Source: a virus (taxonomy: Duplodnaviria > Caudoviricetes). From it: a stretch of 40,864 nt of DNA. Positions 8,005-16,400 of this stretch are shown one piece after another. A program made the translations under genes and the position numbers. Every line of letters starts with the position of its first letter. The stretch's first letter is position 1. The DNA is taken from positions 1 to 40,864 of IMG/VR virus record IMGVR_UViG_3300022666_000082; one strand, given 5' to 3'. The notes beneath the pieces are model-generated. The model ran no database searches. It was not told the origin of the DNA and worked only from the letters and a program-made list of their open reading frames with translations.

Positions 8005-8737
8005 CGCAAGAGTGGATCTATCCGGGTCCAGACGTAAGGGCGCGATCAGGGATCTGATGGCGGTGATCAACAAATATGACCTCGATTACACCGAGTTTGT
8101 GCAGCTGTCCAAGATTGCCAGGGATGAGCTCAATCTGAAAAGACCGAAGACGTACAAAACGGTAAAGCCGATCCCGAACGGGGACGAGCTGAAGCGGTTT
8201 ATGGCGGTGGTCGAAAAGCAGAGCCTCATGCATCAGATCATGATCAAGCTCTTGCTCTACATGGGCATTCGATCGGACGAGGTCATCGGAATAAAGGTCG
8301 AGGATCTGGATCTCAGCTATGATAAGGCGAGGATCCTGATGCTGAAGCGGAAAGCCGGCAGGGATAAAACCATGACCATTCCGGCGAAGCTCGCCACGCT
8401 GATCAGAGCCTACGTGGATAGCATCCCCAAAAATATTTGGCTGTTTGAGCCACCGTATAAAGAGGGGATGCCAAGGCACAGACCCTTCAGCGATCCGCGG
8501 TTCCTACGAGCCTACATTCAAAAATGGAGAAAGGAAGCCGGGGTGGGTGACGTCATGCATGCACACAACCTGCGTCATCTGCTGCTCACCTACCTGGCTG
8601 AGCTTGGCTGGACAGAACATGAACTGAAGCTCGTCTCCGGGCACGATTCCAGCACGAGCCTGGAGCGTTACCTGCACAGAAACCCAGAGACGGTTCGGCA
8701 GAGCCTGGACAAGGCTATTAATAACATGGGAGTGTGA
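7979..8737 (+). CDS. Tyrosine recombinase (probable multimer resolvase)
   Basis: Catalytic motifs MGIRSDE, K, HAHNLRH, SGH and LERY; no N-terminal arm-binding domain. Confidence 0.9.
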   Translation: MASAAKVIDARVDLSGSRRKGAIRDLMAVINKYDLDYTEFVQLSKIARDELNLKRPKTYKTVKPIPNGDELKRFMAVVEKQSLMHQIMIKLLLYMGIRSDEVIGIKVEDLDLSYDKARILMLKRKAGRDKTMTIPAKLATLIRAYVDSIPKNIWLFEPPYKEGMPRHRPFSDPRFLRAYIQKWRKEAGVGDVMHAHNLRHLLLTYLAELGWTEHELKLVSGHDSSTSLERYLHRNPETVRQSLDKAINNMGV

Positions 8738-8741
8738 TATC

Positions 8742-9395
8742 ATGATCATTAGTATAGTTAATCAAAAGGGCGGTTGTGGGAAATCCACAATCGCGTGTAA
8801 TCTGGCGGTAGCGATGGCTCTTGACGGAGTCAACTGCTGCCTGATCGATGCGGACAAACAAGCAACGTCAACCGGATTTCGTCAATTTCGCAAAGCCAAC
8901 ACCAAGGCGGCGCAGTTTCCAATCTACCAGCTCACCACCGACACGATCGAGGACGACGTTCCGAAGCTCAAATTCGCAACCTCGATCATCGACGTCGGGG
9001 GAAGGGACATTAGTATCTTCCGCGGCGCGATCGGGTGCAGCGATATCGTATTAGTTCCTGTCCAACCCAGCGCTCCGGACATCTGGTCAACCGAAGCTAC
9101 TCTGCAGATCGTCAAAGAGAGTATGAAATTCCACAAAGATCTGAAGGTTTTTGGAGTTCTTAACCTGGTTAACCACGTAGCCAAATCCACCAAGGAGATG
9201 GACGGGCTGATCCGGGACCTGCAGAGCGCATATCCGGTTAAATTCCTCACAGCCAGGCTTGCTGCCAGGATTCAATATCAATATGCGATGGAGCAGGGCC
9301 TTGGGATATTGGAACAAACTAACGACATGAAAGCGCGAGAGGAATTTGCGGCGTTCTTTCGTGAACTCAAGGAGGAAGCATGCCTAAGCGACTGA
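8742..9395 (+). CDS. parA: ParA-family partition ATPase (short type Ib/ParF-like)
   Basis: NQKGGCGKST deviant Walker A; LIDADKQ; IIDVGG; VPVQPS..D. Confidence 0.93.
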   Translation: MIISIVNQKGGCGKSTIACNLAVAMALDGVNCCLIDADKQATSTGFRQFRKANTKAAQFPIYQLTTDTIEDDVPKLKFATSIIDVGGRDISIFRGAIGCSDIVLVPVQPSAPDIWSTEATLQIVKESMKFHKDLKVFGVLNLVNHVAKSTKEMDGLIRDLQSAYPVKFLTARLAARIQYQYAMEQGLGILEQTNDMKAREEFAAFFRELKEEACLSD

Positions 9396-9646
9396 TACCT
9401 GAGGCTACCGGATCTGATGCTCCGCTAAGCCAGCAGATCAAAAAATTCAAGGATGGGGCGAACGCTCCGGGGATAAACGAGCTTCCTACGGAGGAGATGC
9501 GCAAGATCACCCATTGGATCAAGCTGGAGAACTGGGAATTTCTCAAGATGAAATCGGCGGCGTTGAGCGTGGAAGCCGGCAAAAAGGTGACTATCAATAT
9601 GCTGCTTGACCAGGCAGTGGATCTCCTGAAAGAGAAGCTGGGATAA
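9380..9646 (+). CDS. Small ParA partner (ParG/omega-like centromere-binding protein)
   Basis: 88 aa directly after parA; flexible N-terminus and RHH-like C-terminus (KITHWI...TINMLLDQAVDLL). Confidence 0.7.
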   Translation: MPKRLIPEATGSDAPLSQQIKKFKDGANAPGINELPTEEMRKITHWIKLENWEFLKMKSAALSVEAGKKVTINMLLDQAVDLLKEKLG

Positions 9647-9682
9647 TGCCATCAATACATATTTCCATAAATACATATTTAC
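9642..9682 (+). repeat. parS-like array of 8-bp units CATA-N4
   Basis: GATAATGC CATCAATA CATATTTC CATAAATA CATATTTA at the end of the par operon. Confidence 0.65.
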
Positions 9683-9751
9683 GGGAAAGAATTGTCTTGA
9701 CGGAGTTTACCGCCGGTGCTTTGTTGGAAAAACTACATGGGGGTTTTAACG

Positions 9752-10783
9752 ATGAACGATAACGCCATGCACGGACCATCCAAGGACGTGCTGATCATAC
9801 TGGATGATAAGCGGATCATCAGCTATCGACCAAGGCTCAACAGAGAGACCGGCAGTTTGACAGCAACTGTGCTGCTGTGCCAGGCTATGTATTGGGCTAT
9901 GCATTCAGCCAACCCTTTTTACAAATTCATGCAGCCATGCAAGCACGATCAATATCATCCCGGTGACTCATGGGTCGAAGAGCTTGGCATGACCAGGACG
10001 GAATTCGAGACAGCGCTCAAGCGGATCGGACAGAAGCTAAGCTCAAAATCAACCGGATATGATCAGGATGCGTTCATCTGGTACTGGACGGATATCAGCC
10101 GGATGACATGGTTTCAGATTAATTGGAAGAGGGTCAACGAAGCTGTTGAACGAGCATATTCTGACGTAATGCAGGAATCCTGCAATAGGTACTGCGGGAT
10201 TCCTGAAATACATAGATCCACAAAGTGGAAATACGAAATGCAGGATTCCTGCAATAGTAATAATGAACAAAGAGTAACTACAGAGAGTACACAAAGAGTA
10301 TCATCATCATCTGATGCAGCACCACTTCCGGAGAAAGCACAGGATGAGGATGATGATCTCAATCGAATTTTACTGGATCTCGGACTGAGCCGGGAACAGG
10401 CTAAGGATGCCAGGGACCGGCATGGGGATCTGCTTTGCCATGAGAAGGCTAAGGAATTGATCCGGAGCCTGGATAAGATCAAGAATTTGGGAGTCTACTC
10501 CAGGACTACCTTCGGGAAGGCGGAGCTATATCCACCGGCACAGGCGGAGGCGTTACGGCAAAGAAGAGTGAAGAAAGAAGAGAGAAGAAAGGAACTGGAT
10601 TCCAGCCTTCGCGGTAATGACGAGGTTCATGAGATCCAGATGCCGGAAATGAGCCAGGATGAGACAAGGCTTTTCTTGGAATCGATAAAGGGGAATAATC
10701 TGCTTATGCAGCGATGGCAGCGAAATCAAACGAATAGTGCGATCATCCGACTGGCTATGGCTGAGTGGAAGCGGGCTAAATAA
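9752..10783 (+). CDS. Replication initiator (winged-HTH, lambda O/replisome-organiser-like)
   Basis: ATVLLCQAMYW...SWVEELGMTRTEFETAL N-terminal domain; internal palindromic iterons followed by a T/S-rich linker; start set at ATG 9752 after a G-rich RBS. Confidence 0.75.
   Translation: MNDNAMHGPSKDVLIILDDKRIISYRPRLNRETGSLTATVLLCQAMYWAMHSANPFYKFMQPCKHDQYHPGDSWVEELGMTRTEFETALKRIGQKLSSKSTGYDQDAFIWYWTDISRMTWFQINWKRVNEAVERAYSDVMQESCNRYCGIPEIHRSTKWKYEMQDSCNSNNEQRVTTESTQRVSSSSDAAPLPEKAQDEDDDLNRILLDLGLSREQAKDARDRHGDLLCHEKAKELIRSLDKIKNLGVYSRTTFGKAELYPPAQAEALRQRRVKKEERRKELDSSLRGNDEVHEIQMPEMSQDETRLFLESIKGNNLLMQRWQRNQTNSAIIRLAMAEWKRAK
10168..10257. repeat. Intragenic iterons (putative origin inside rep)
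   Basis: TGCAGGAWTCCTGCA at 10170 and 10239, variant at 10193, different palindrome at 10217; centres exactly 23 bp apart. Confidence 0.7.
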
Positions 10784-10804
10784 AAACGAGATCTGGAGGA
10801 TCTA

Positions 10805-11110
10805 ATGGAAAGAAAAAGGTATGTCGCAGTGTTTACCATAGGTGTATTTATTATGGTATTCGGTATCGGGTTATTGTTAGTGTCATTGATTAACGGTGGA
10901 GTAACTCCCACCACTCCTGAGCAAATCACCCAACAATCTGCCAATAAGTGGCTATATATTGCAGGATTGGGCAGCAGTCTTCTTATTATTGCGGTTGGAG
11001 TATTGCTAATGGCTATAGCTGCTATTGGCAATGACATAAATCAATATGTATATCTGACAGTTCAAAAGGCAAAGCCTAAAACTGAGCCGACAAACATTTA
11101 CAAAACATAG
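10805..11110 (+). CDS. Two-TM membrane protein (moron-like)
   Basis: GGAGGA RBS; two hydrophobic segments; AT-rich. Confidence 0.8.
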   Translation: MERKRYVAVFTIGVFIMVFGIGLLLVSLINGGVTPTTPEQITQQSANKWLYIAGLGSSLLIIAVGVLLMAIAAIGNDINQYVYLTVQKAKPKTEPTNIYKT

Positions 11111-11119
11111 GATGCAGAC

Positions 11120-11212
11120 ATGACGATACTAAAGCTATTGGCAACGCTTTTTTTCGCTGCGTTTGGGATGTTTATTTTCACGCCACGTGGCAGATATCGA
11201 AACAAACGATAG
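11120..11212 (+). CDS. 30-aa hydrophobic peptide with basic C-terminus (not in ORF track)
   Basis: MTILKLLATLFFAAFGMFIFTPRGRYRNKR; AGGA upstream. Confidence 0.45.
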   Translation: MTILKLLATLFFAAFGMFIFTPRGRYRNKR

Positions 11213-11276
11213 TGTTATATGCCATTGGTATTGACAAAAGTCTTGACTAATAGACAGATCGTCAGAAAAAGGAAAC

Positions 11277-11464
11277 GAACATGAACGAACACGCACGTCA
11301 GGTTGGTGACCCCTGCCTGAGAATCCTGGATCCGTGAGGACAGGATCGCCGTGCGTGGCGAGTTCAGTTCTCAGGCTTTATATAAATTAGCCTGAGTGGA
11401 GATTTAGGTCACTCGGTTTGTGGCCGCGTTAGGTGCCCCGGAGAGATCCGGGGCTCTTTTTTTA
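11277..11464 (+). ncRNA. Candidate structured ncRNA (three-way junction plus hairpins) ending in a terminator
   Basis: CACGCACG/CGTGCGTG closes a junction that carries a GTGA-tetraloop arm; further hairpins; upstream TTGACA/TTGACT; terminal GAGA-loop terminator. Confidence 0.55.
11435..11464 (+). terminator. Intrinsic terminator
   Basis: GCCCCGGA-GAGA-TCCGGGGC followed by a T-run. Confidence 0.85.
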
Positions 11465-11631
11465 TGGGGCAAAAGGGAATCCATCCGGGATAGTGATATG
11501 CTGGAAGACGGGCTAAAGCCAGTGTTACGCTTTCAGTAATACCATAAAAACATATTTCCATAAATACAGCGAAAGGATTTGACTTTGTTTCGCGACCCTT
11601 AAACGTAGAGACATAAATAAACTACATAAGG

Positions 11632-11970
11632 ATGGACACAATGAACAAAGCAACGCGATACGAAGTAAACATCGAGATCAAAGGGCAAAGCCAGACGGTA
11701 GAGTTTGAATTCCTGCACGATGAGAATGATTACCCCGAGGGGGAGAAACGACCGGTATCGGCTTATGCGATCCGAACAGATGACGGGTGCTACTATAAGA
11801 GCTGGTTCAACCAGTTCAGAGGACCATGGCTCAATTCGGAACTGATGGAAGAGTCTGAGATCCGGAAACGAATCGATGACGCCTGGGAATGTGGGGACTA
11901 CAAAGAAGTGATCAACCTGATGGCGGAGCTACTCTGCAGACGGCAGCCTAAGAAGTGCCACGAACGATAA
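11632..11970 (+). CDS. Hypothetical protein (stand-alone cassette)
   Basis: 112-aa ORF; TTGACT at 11579 upstream and a terminator downstream. The true start may be ATG 11641. Confidence 0.75.
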   Translation: MDTMNKATRYEVNIEIKGQSQTVEFEFLHDENDYPEGEKRPVSAYAIRTDDGCYYKSWFNQFRGPWLNSELMEESEIRKRIDDAWECGDYKEVINLMAELLCRRQPKKCHER

Positions 11971-11988
11971 AGGATTTATGGTTAGGCT

Positions 11989-12020
11989 ATCCTCCGGAGA
12001 GATCCGGAGGGTTTCTTTTT
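11989..12020 (+). terminator. Intrinsic terminator
   Basis: CCTCCGGA-GAGA-TCCGGAGG followed by a T-rich tract; same core as 11435-11454. Confidence 0.85.
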
Positions 12021-12075
12021 GGGATAGTGTATAGTGAAGAGTGAAGAGGTATGCCCTGAAGGGCATGGTGATATG

Positions 12076-12103
12076 CTGGATTCCAGCCTACGCTGGAATG
12101 ACG
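12076..12103. repeat. REP/dRS3-like palindromic element
   Basis: CTGGATTCCAGCCTACGCTGGAATGACG; a second copy (25/28) lies at 10595-10622. Confidence 0.7.
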
Positions 12104-12196
12104 GTATAGGATCTTCCTGATCAGAGAATGGCACCATAAATATACGAAAAAGCGGACATGTGCGTGCGCACCTTAACACGTCGATTTTGGAAAATA

Positions 12197-12369
12197 CTGT
12201 CTTACTGTCTTATTCACTATATAACTATACTATTTAATAATAAGATACCAATAAGACAGTTGTAAGACAGTCAAGACAGTCAAGACAGTAAGACAGAACG
12301 AAAAAGCTTCTGTCTTGTTATAAGTGATTGTGTTATCAATAACTAAAAGGCAGTAAGACAGTAAGACAG
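12197..12369. repeat. AAGACAG iteron cluster; putative replication origin
   Basis: Ten exact copies (7 direct, 3 inverted) around AT-rich tracts. Confidence 0.75.
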
Positions 12370-12409
12370 CAATCTGCCATGTTCAGGGTAAATACGAGGA
12401 GAAAAAAAA

Positions 12410-13042
12410 TCAGAAGTTGCGGATCATCGAAACCATGTAACCAATGATGCGACAGTCGGGGCTATCTTCTGATAATACCAATGGTTTATAGTGATGGTTA
12501 TAGGGTAATAGCACCGTTTGGCGAGCTGCTTCGTTGATCCAGATCCGCTTGAGAGTGACTTCTTGATCAACTTTAACAGCACAGATCTGACCATCCAGAT
12601 CAAAAGGATCGAAACGAGTATGAAGCAGGATAATATCATTGTGAACTATCACCGGAGCCATTGAATCACCGTAAACGCGAAGCGCTATATACTCGTATGG
12701 GTTTCCTAACTGTGTTGTAGATATGTTAACATAGTCTAATGGCTCAACCTCACTAATTTCAGTAGGTACACCCGCTGCTATTTCTCCAGAAACTCCGAGC
12801 GTCACAAACTCTGACGCCACCGGCTCTTTCATTGATCCCTCTCCTGTAAGAATCCACTTAGATGATATCTCCGGACAAGCTGAAACAAGTCGTACTATGC
12901 TTTCATAGCTTGGCATAGATCCAGAAAAGTAGCCTGAAACAGAGGCAGAGCTAATACCCATAGCATTAGCCAACTCGTATTTTTTCCACTTCTTCAAATC
13001 CATGATTTTTACGATACGATCAATAATTGATTCCATTGTCAC
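12410..13042 (-). CDS. CI/LexA-like repressor (HTH plus S24 autopeptidase)
   Basis: HTH ELANAMGISSASVSGY; IAAG cleavage site; GDSM Ser and TLKR Lys; divergent from the cro-like gene. Confidence 0.93.
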   Translation of the reverse strand: MTMESIIDRIVKIMDLKKWKKYELANAMGISSASVSGYFSGSMPSYESIVRLVSACPEISSKWILTGEGSMKEPVASEFVTLGVSGEIAAGVPTEISEVEPLDYVNISTTQLGNPYEYIALRVYGDSMAPVIVHNDIILLHTRFDPFDLDGQICAVKVDQEVTLKRIWINEAARQTVLLPYNHHYKPLVLSEDSPDCRIIGYMVSMIRNF

Positions 13043-13052
13043 CTTCTTTTTT

Positions 13053-13098
13053 CTAAGGATTACCTAAAATAGTTCTTGACAGATTAGGTATAACTTAA
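13053..13098. promoter_or_regulatory. Immunity switch: rightward -35 (TTGACA 13076) flanked by two putative 15-bp operators
   Basis: CTAAGGATTACCTAA (13053-13067) and TTAGGTATAACTTAA (13084-13098) share the TACCTAA/TTAGGTA half-site. Confidence 0.55.
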
Positions 13099-13140
13099 AA
13101 CGCTGTCAATGTCTCTGACAATAATTTAACCGGAGTTAAT

Positions 13141-13326
13141 ATGTCAAACCAAGATTTTTACACAGAGGTCAAGATCAGGCTCTTGGAAAAGAGGATGTCG
13201 ATCAAGCGGCTGTGGAAACAGTGTGACGTACCATACACTTATAACTGGTTTTACCAGGTGTTAAAAGGGCAGCGATCAAGCGATGAAACCATCAATAAAG
13301 TCAAAACTATATTAGACCTCCAGTGA
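13141..13326 (+). CDS. Cro-like small HTH regulator
   Basis: 61 aa, GGAG RBS, divergent from the repressor, HTH-like pattern. Confidence 0.75.
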   Translation: MSNQDFYTEVKIRLLEKRMSIKRLWKQCDVPYTYNWFYQVLKGQRSSDETINKVKTILDLQ

Positions 13327-13353
13327 TTCACAGACACATAGTCCTCCTCACGA

Positions 13354-13391
13354 CACCGCACCCGGCACAATGCCGGGCAGCGGTGCTTTTT
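13354..13391 (+). terminator. tR1-like terminator/attenuator between cro and primase
   Basis: CACCGC-a-CCCGGCA/caa/TGCCGGG-ca-GCGGTG followed by TTTTT. Confidence 0.65.
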
Positions 13392-13404
13392 ATTAAGGGA
13401 TAAC

Positions 13405-16400
13405 ATGGGCGACGCATTAAACAACATCAAACAGATAGACCTCCTCAGCCATATAAATGGCAAGACGGAGCGAGCCGGAAGAGCAACCCGGATCAACCCT
13501 TGCCCGATCTGCGGGCATAACGATTGTTTCACGGTCTTTGAAAGCAACACTTTCAAGTGCTACTCATGCGGAGCGCAGGGGAGCATCATCGACTTTGAGA
13601 TAGCCATGGGAAAGGCGGACAGTGTTGGCACTGCTATTGAAACACTCAGCCAGCAGTACAATATAGCCCGGGAAACAAAACAAGGCTATAAAAGCGCGAA
13701 ACAGGCGACCCTGGAGCAGATATATAACCTAAGCGCAGAGTGGTACCACCAGCAGCTACTAAACTCGAAGATCTGCATGGATCATATGCTGAACACACGC
13801 AAGCGCTCGCGCGAGACGCTGATCAAAGAAAAAATCGGGTTTGCCGCCGGGAAATACTCCAACGGACTGCATCAGTACCTGAGCGGTCAGAAGATTCCGC
13901 TTGAGGATCAACTGGCGAGTGGGATGGTCTGCAAGAATGACCAGGGGAAAGTCTATGACTTTTTCAATGGGGACAGGATCATCTATCCTTCATTTGTGCG
14001 GTCACAGGTATGCTATTTTAGCACCAAGCCTATCAACAAGGGTGACAAGGTATATAACCTCCAGTATGAATACCGGCTCAAGAATTGCCTTTTCTATGGC
14101 AATGATGCATTAGGTCAGCCGTCCTGGATCCTCGTCGAGGGGCAAGAGGACCGCAACAGCCTGGTCGATTTGGGATATACCAATGTGATCTGTATATTAG
14201 GTGGGCTGGGTGACGACCAAATCGCGGCACTGGCGGAGCGATCCGAAGTAAAAGACGGGATAGACAGGAAAGACGTCTATCTGTGCTTTGACAATGACCA
14301 GGCGGGGGAGAAGTACTCACGTAAGCTGATCGCGGCACTCTCCGGGACTGCCAATGTTTCTATATGCGAGCTGGGTGAGTTCAAGGACATCGATCAACTA
14401 ATTACGAAAACTGAAAAACCGGAAGCCGCAGTGCGCGAGGTATTACGTAAATCTGTAGATCCAGTTAGCTGGCTGATCGACCGATTGCCGGAAGATGAAC
14501 AGAACCCTTCCAAGATTGCCGCAGCGCTACAGCCGATTATTGAGGTCATTACCAGTGAGCCTGACGATATGATCAAGGGGATGTACACGGAGATCCTGAA
14601 GGAAAGGCTCAACGCTAAATCAGAATTTGCCAAGGCAATCATCCGCAAAATCAAACTCAAATCAGAGGACAATGGGGAAGAGGCAGACGAGGACGAGAAA
14701 TACGGGCTGAGCGTCAGCCGGTATGGGACTCAGTATATCAAGCGCACTAAAGACTCCAAGAAGGTGATCAGCAACTTCGTGATGAACATCGTCCGTTACA
14801 TTGAGGATGAGGACGTGCGATATTATGAGGTGACACTGCATACCGCTATAGGCTGCAGCAGACCGATCATCCTGAGCAACGAGCAGAGAACCAACTCGAC
14901 AAAGTTCGACGCGGCATTGGCGGCAGTGGGTCCATACTATTTTAGCGGTCCCCTGAACGACCTGAAAGAGGTCTGGCAGCTTGAGGAAGATCGCGCGGCA
15001 ATAAAATCATACACTTGCCGGTTCAACCGGTTTGGCTGGATCAAAGAGCACGACGTTTGGCTGTTTCAGAATTGCGCGTACAAAAATGGCAAATTATACA
15101 CCCCTGAGGCGGATCAGGAAGTGATCGTCATAGATGGCGTGGGTTATCAGTCCAAAAACGTAAGAGTCTTTGGTGGAGACCTTCCGACCATAGACATCGA
15201 GGGAACCCCAACATGGCAATACGTGCACACGATCATCGACCGGGTTTGGCAGATGTGGGACGCGGACGAACGAGGCAGAACTATCAGCTTCCGAGGATAC
15301 CTGGCGATGGGATTACTTGCATCATCGGTATATCTGCCTGAGATCGTGGCGAAGGAAAACAAGTTCCCGTACATCCTGGCTTACGGACCTCCCGGAACAG
15401 GTAAATCTGAAGCGATGCAATTCATCATGAATATGTGGGGCTTCCGAAATGGGGGAGAGAACTGGGGCGAAGCGACTGCTGCAGGGATAAGCATGGCGAT
15501 GGAACAGCTATCATGCATACCGTATTGGATCGAAGAGTTTGCCAATGCCTCGGGGCAGAACACGAGCCAGGACAAAAAGATCGATATCATCAAAAACATA
15601 TACAATCGAGTTAGCTCCGGGAAAGGCGGATTGCAGGGGCGCACGGTGCGCCAGGTCAATGCTTCACTATTCCTTACCGGGCAGGATCGTCCGGAGAACC
15701 AGGCGTTTCTATCCAGGTGCGTGGTGCTAAGAAAAGAGCGCCCCACGGAAAAAGGTTCACAGGGATATTACCTGCTGAAATCCGAGGGCAAAAAGCTCAC
15801 CCACGTGGTGCGGTGGCTGATCGAGAACAAGACCAAAGAGAACATCGCGGCTTATTGGCAAGCATATGATCAACTGATGAGCGAGCTGCCAAAGGCAGTC
15901 AAGGCGAAAATCGGAGACTATAACCCCAGGACGATCGTCAATTACTCAATCATCGCGGCGGGATTTAGCCTATATGGATTTAGACCTGATCATGATAACG
16001 ACTTTCTCAAGTGGCTGGCAGACGAATGCATCAGCGACATGCGGCGCAAGCAGGCAGAAGACATCGTTTACCGCTTCTTCTACGACCTCGGCGTCATCTT
16101 CAAAGATAACCCGTACGAAGTCTTTGCCATGAAAACGGGCAAGATCCTGTATATGCACTATGGCGCCGCCTATAACTCCTGGAGAGTAAACGGAAACAAG
16201 ACCTCTATGCCGGAAACGCTCAGCCGGGGTGGACTACTGGACTATATGCGCCATGCACCAGAGGGATACTACATAGAGCCTAACGAATCAGGCGCAAGCG
16301 ACCGAGTTTACATTGGACGGGGATCGCATAGAAAACAGCAACGAGCGGTCGGCATACGAGTAGATAGACTGCCAGAAAACATCCGGAAGGAAATCGAAGG

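Noticed and set aside
2534-8737. Diversity-generating retroelement or tail-fibre shufflon
   Set aside because: No reverse transcriptase, no TR/VR pair and no inverted alternative fibre ends seen.
11281-11337. 18-codon ORF MNEHARQVGDPCLRILDP with an AGGA upstream
   Set aside because: Lies wholly within predicted helices and has no informative motif. It cannot be excluded as a leader peptide but is unsupported.
11316-11346. Hammerhead ribozyme (TCCGTGAGGAC resembles a common stem II)
   Set aside because: The CUGANGA and GAAA core nucleotides are absent.
12197-12369. CRISPR or other guide-RNA array
   Set aside because: Repeats are 7 bp, with mostly 1-4 bp gaps and mixed orientation; no spacers and no cas-like genes.
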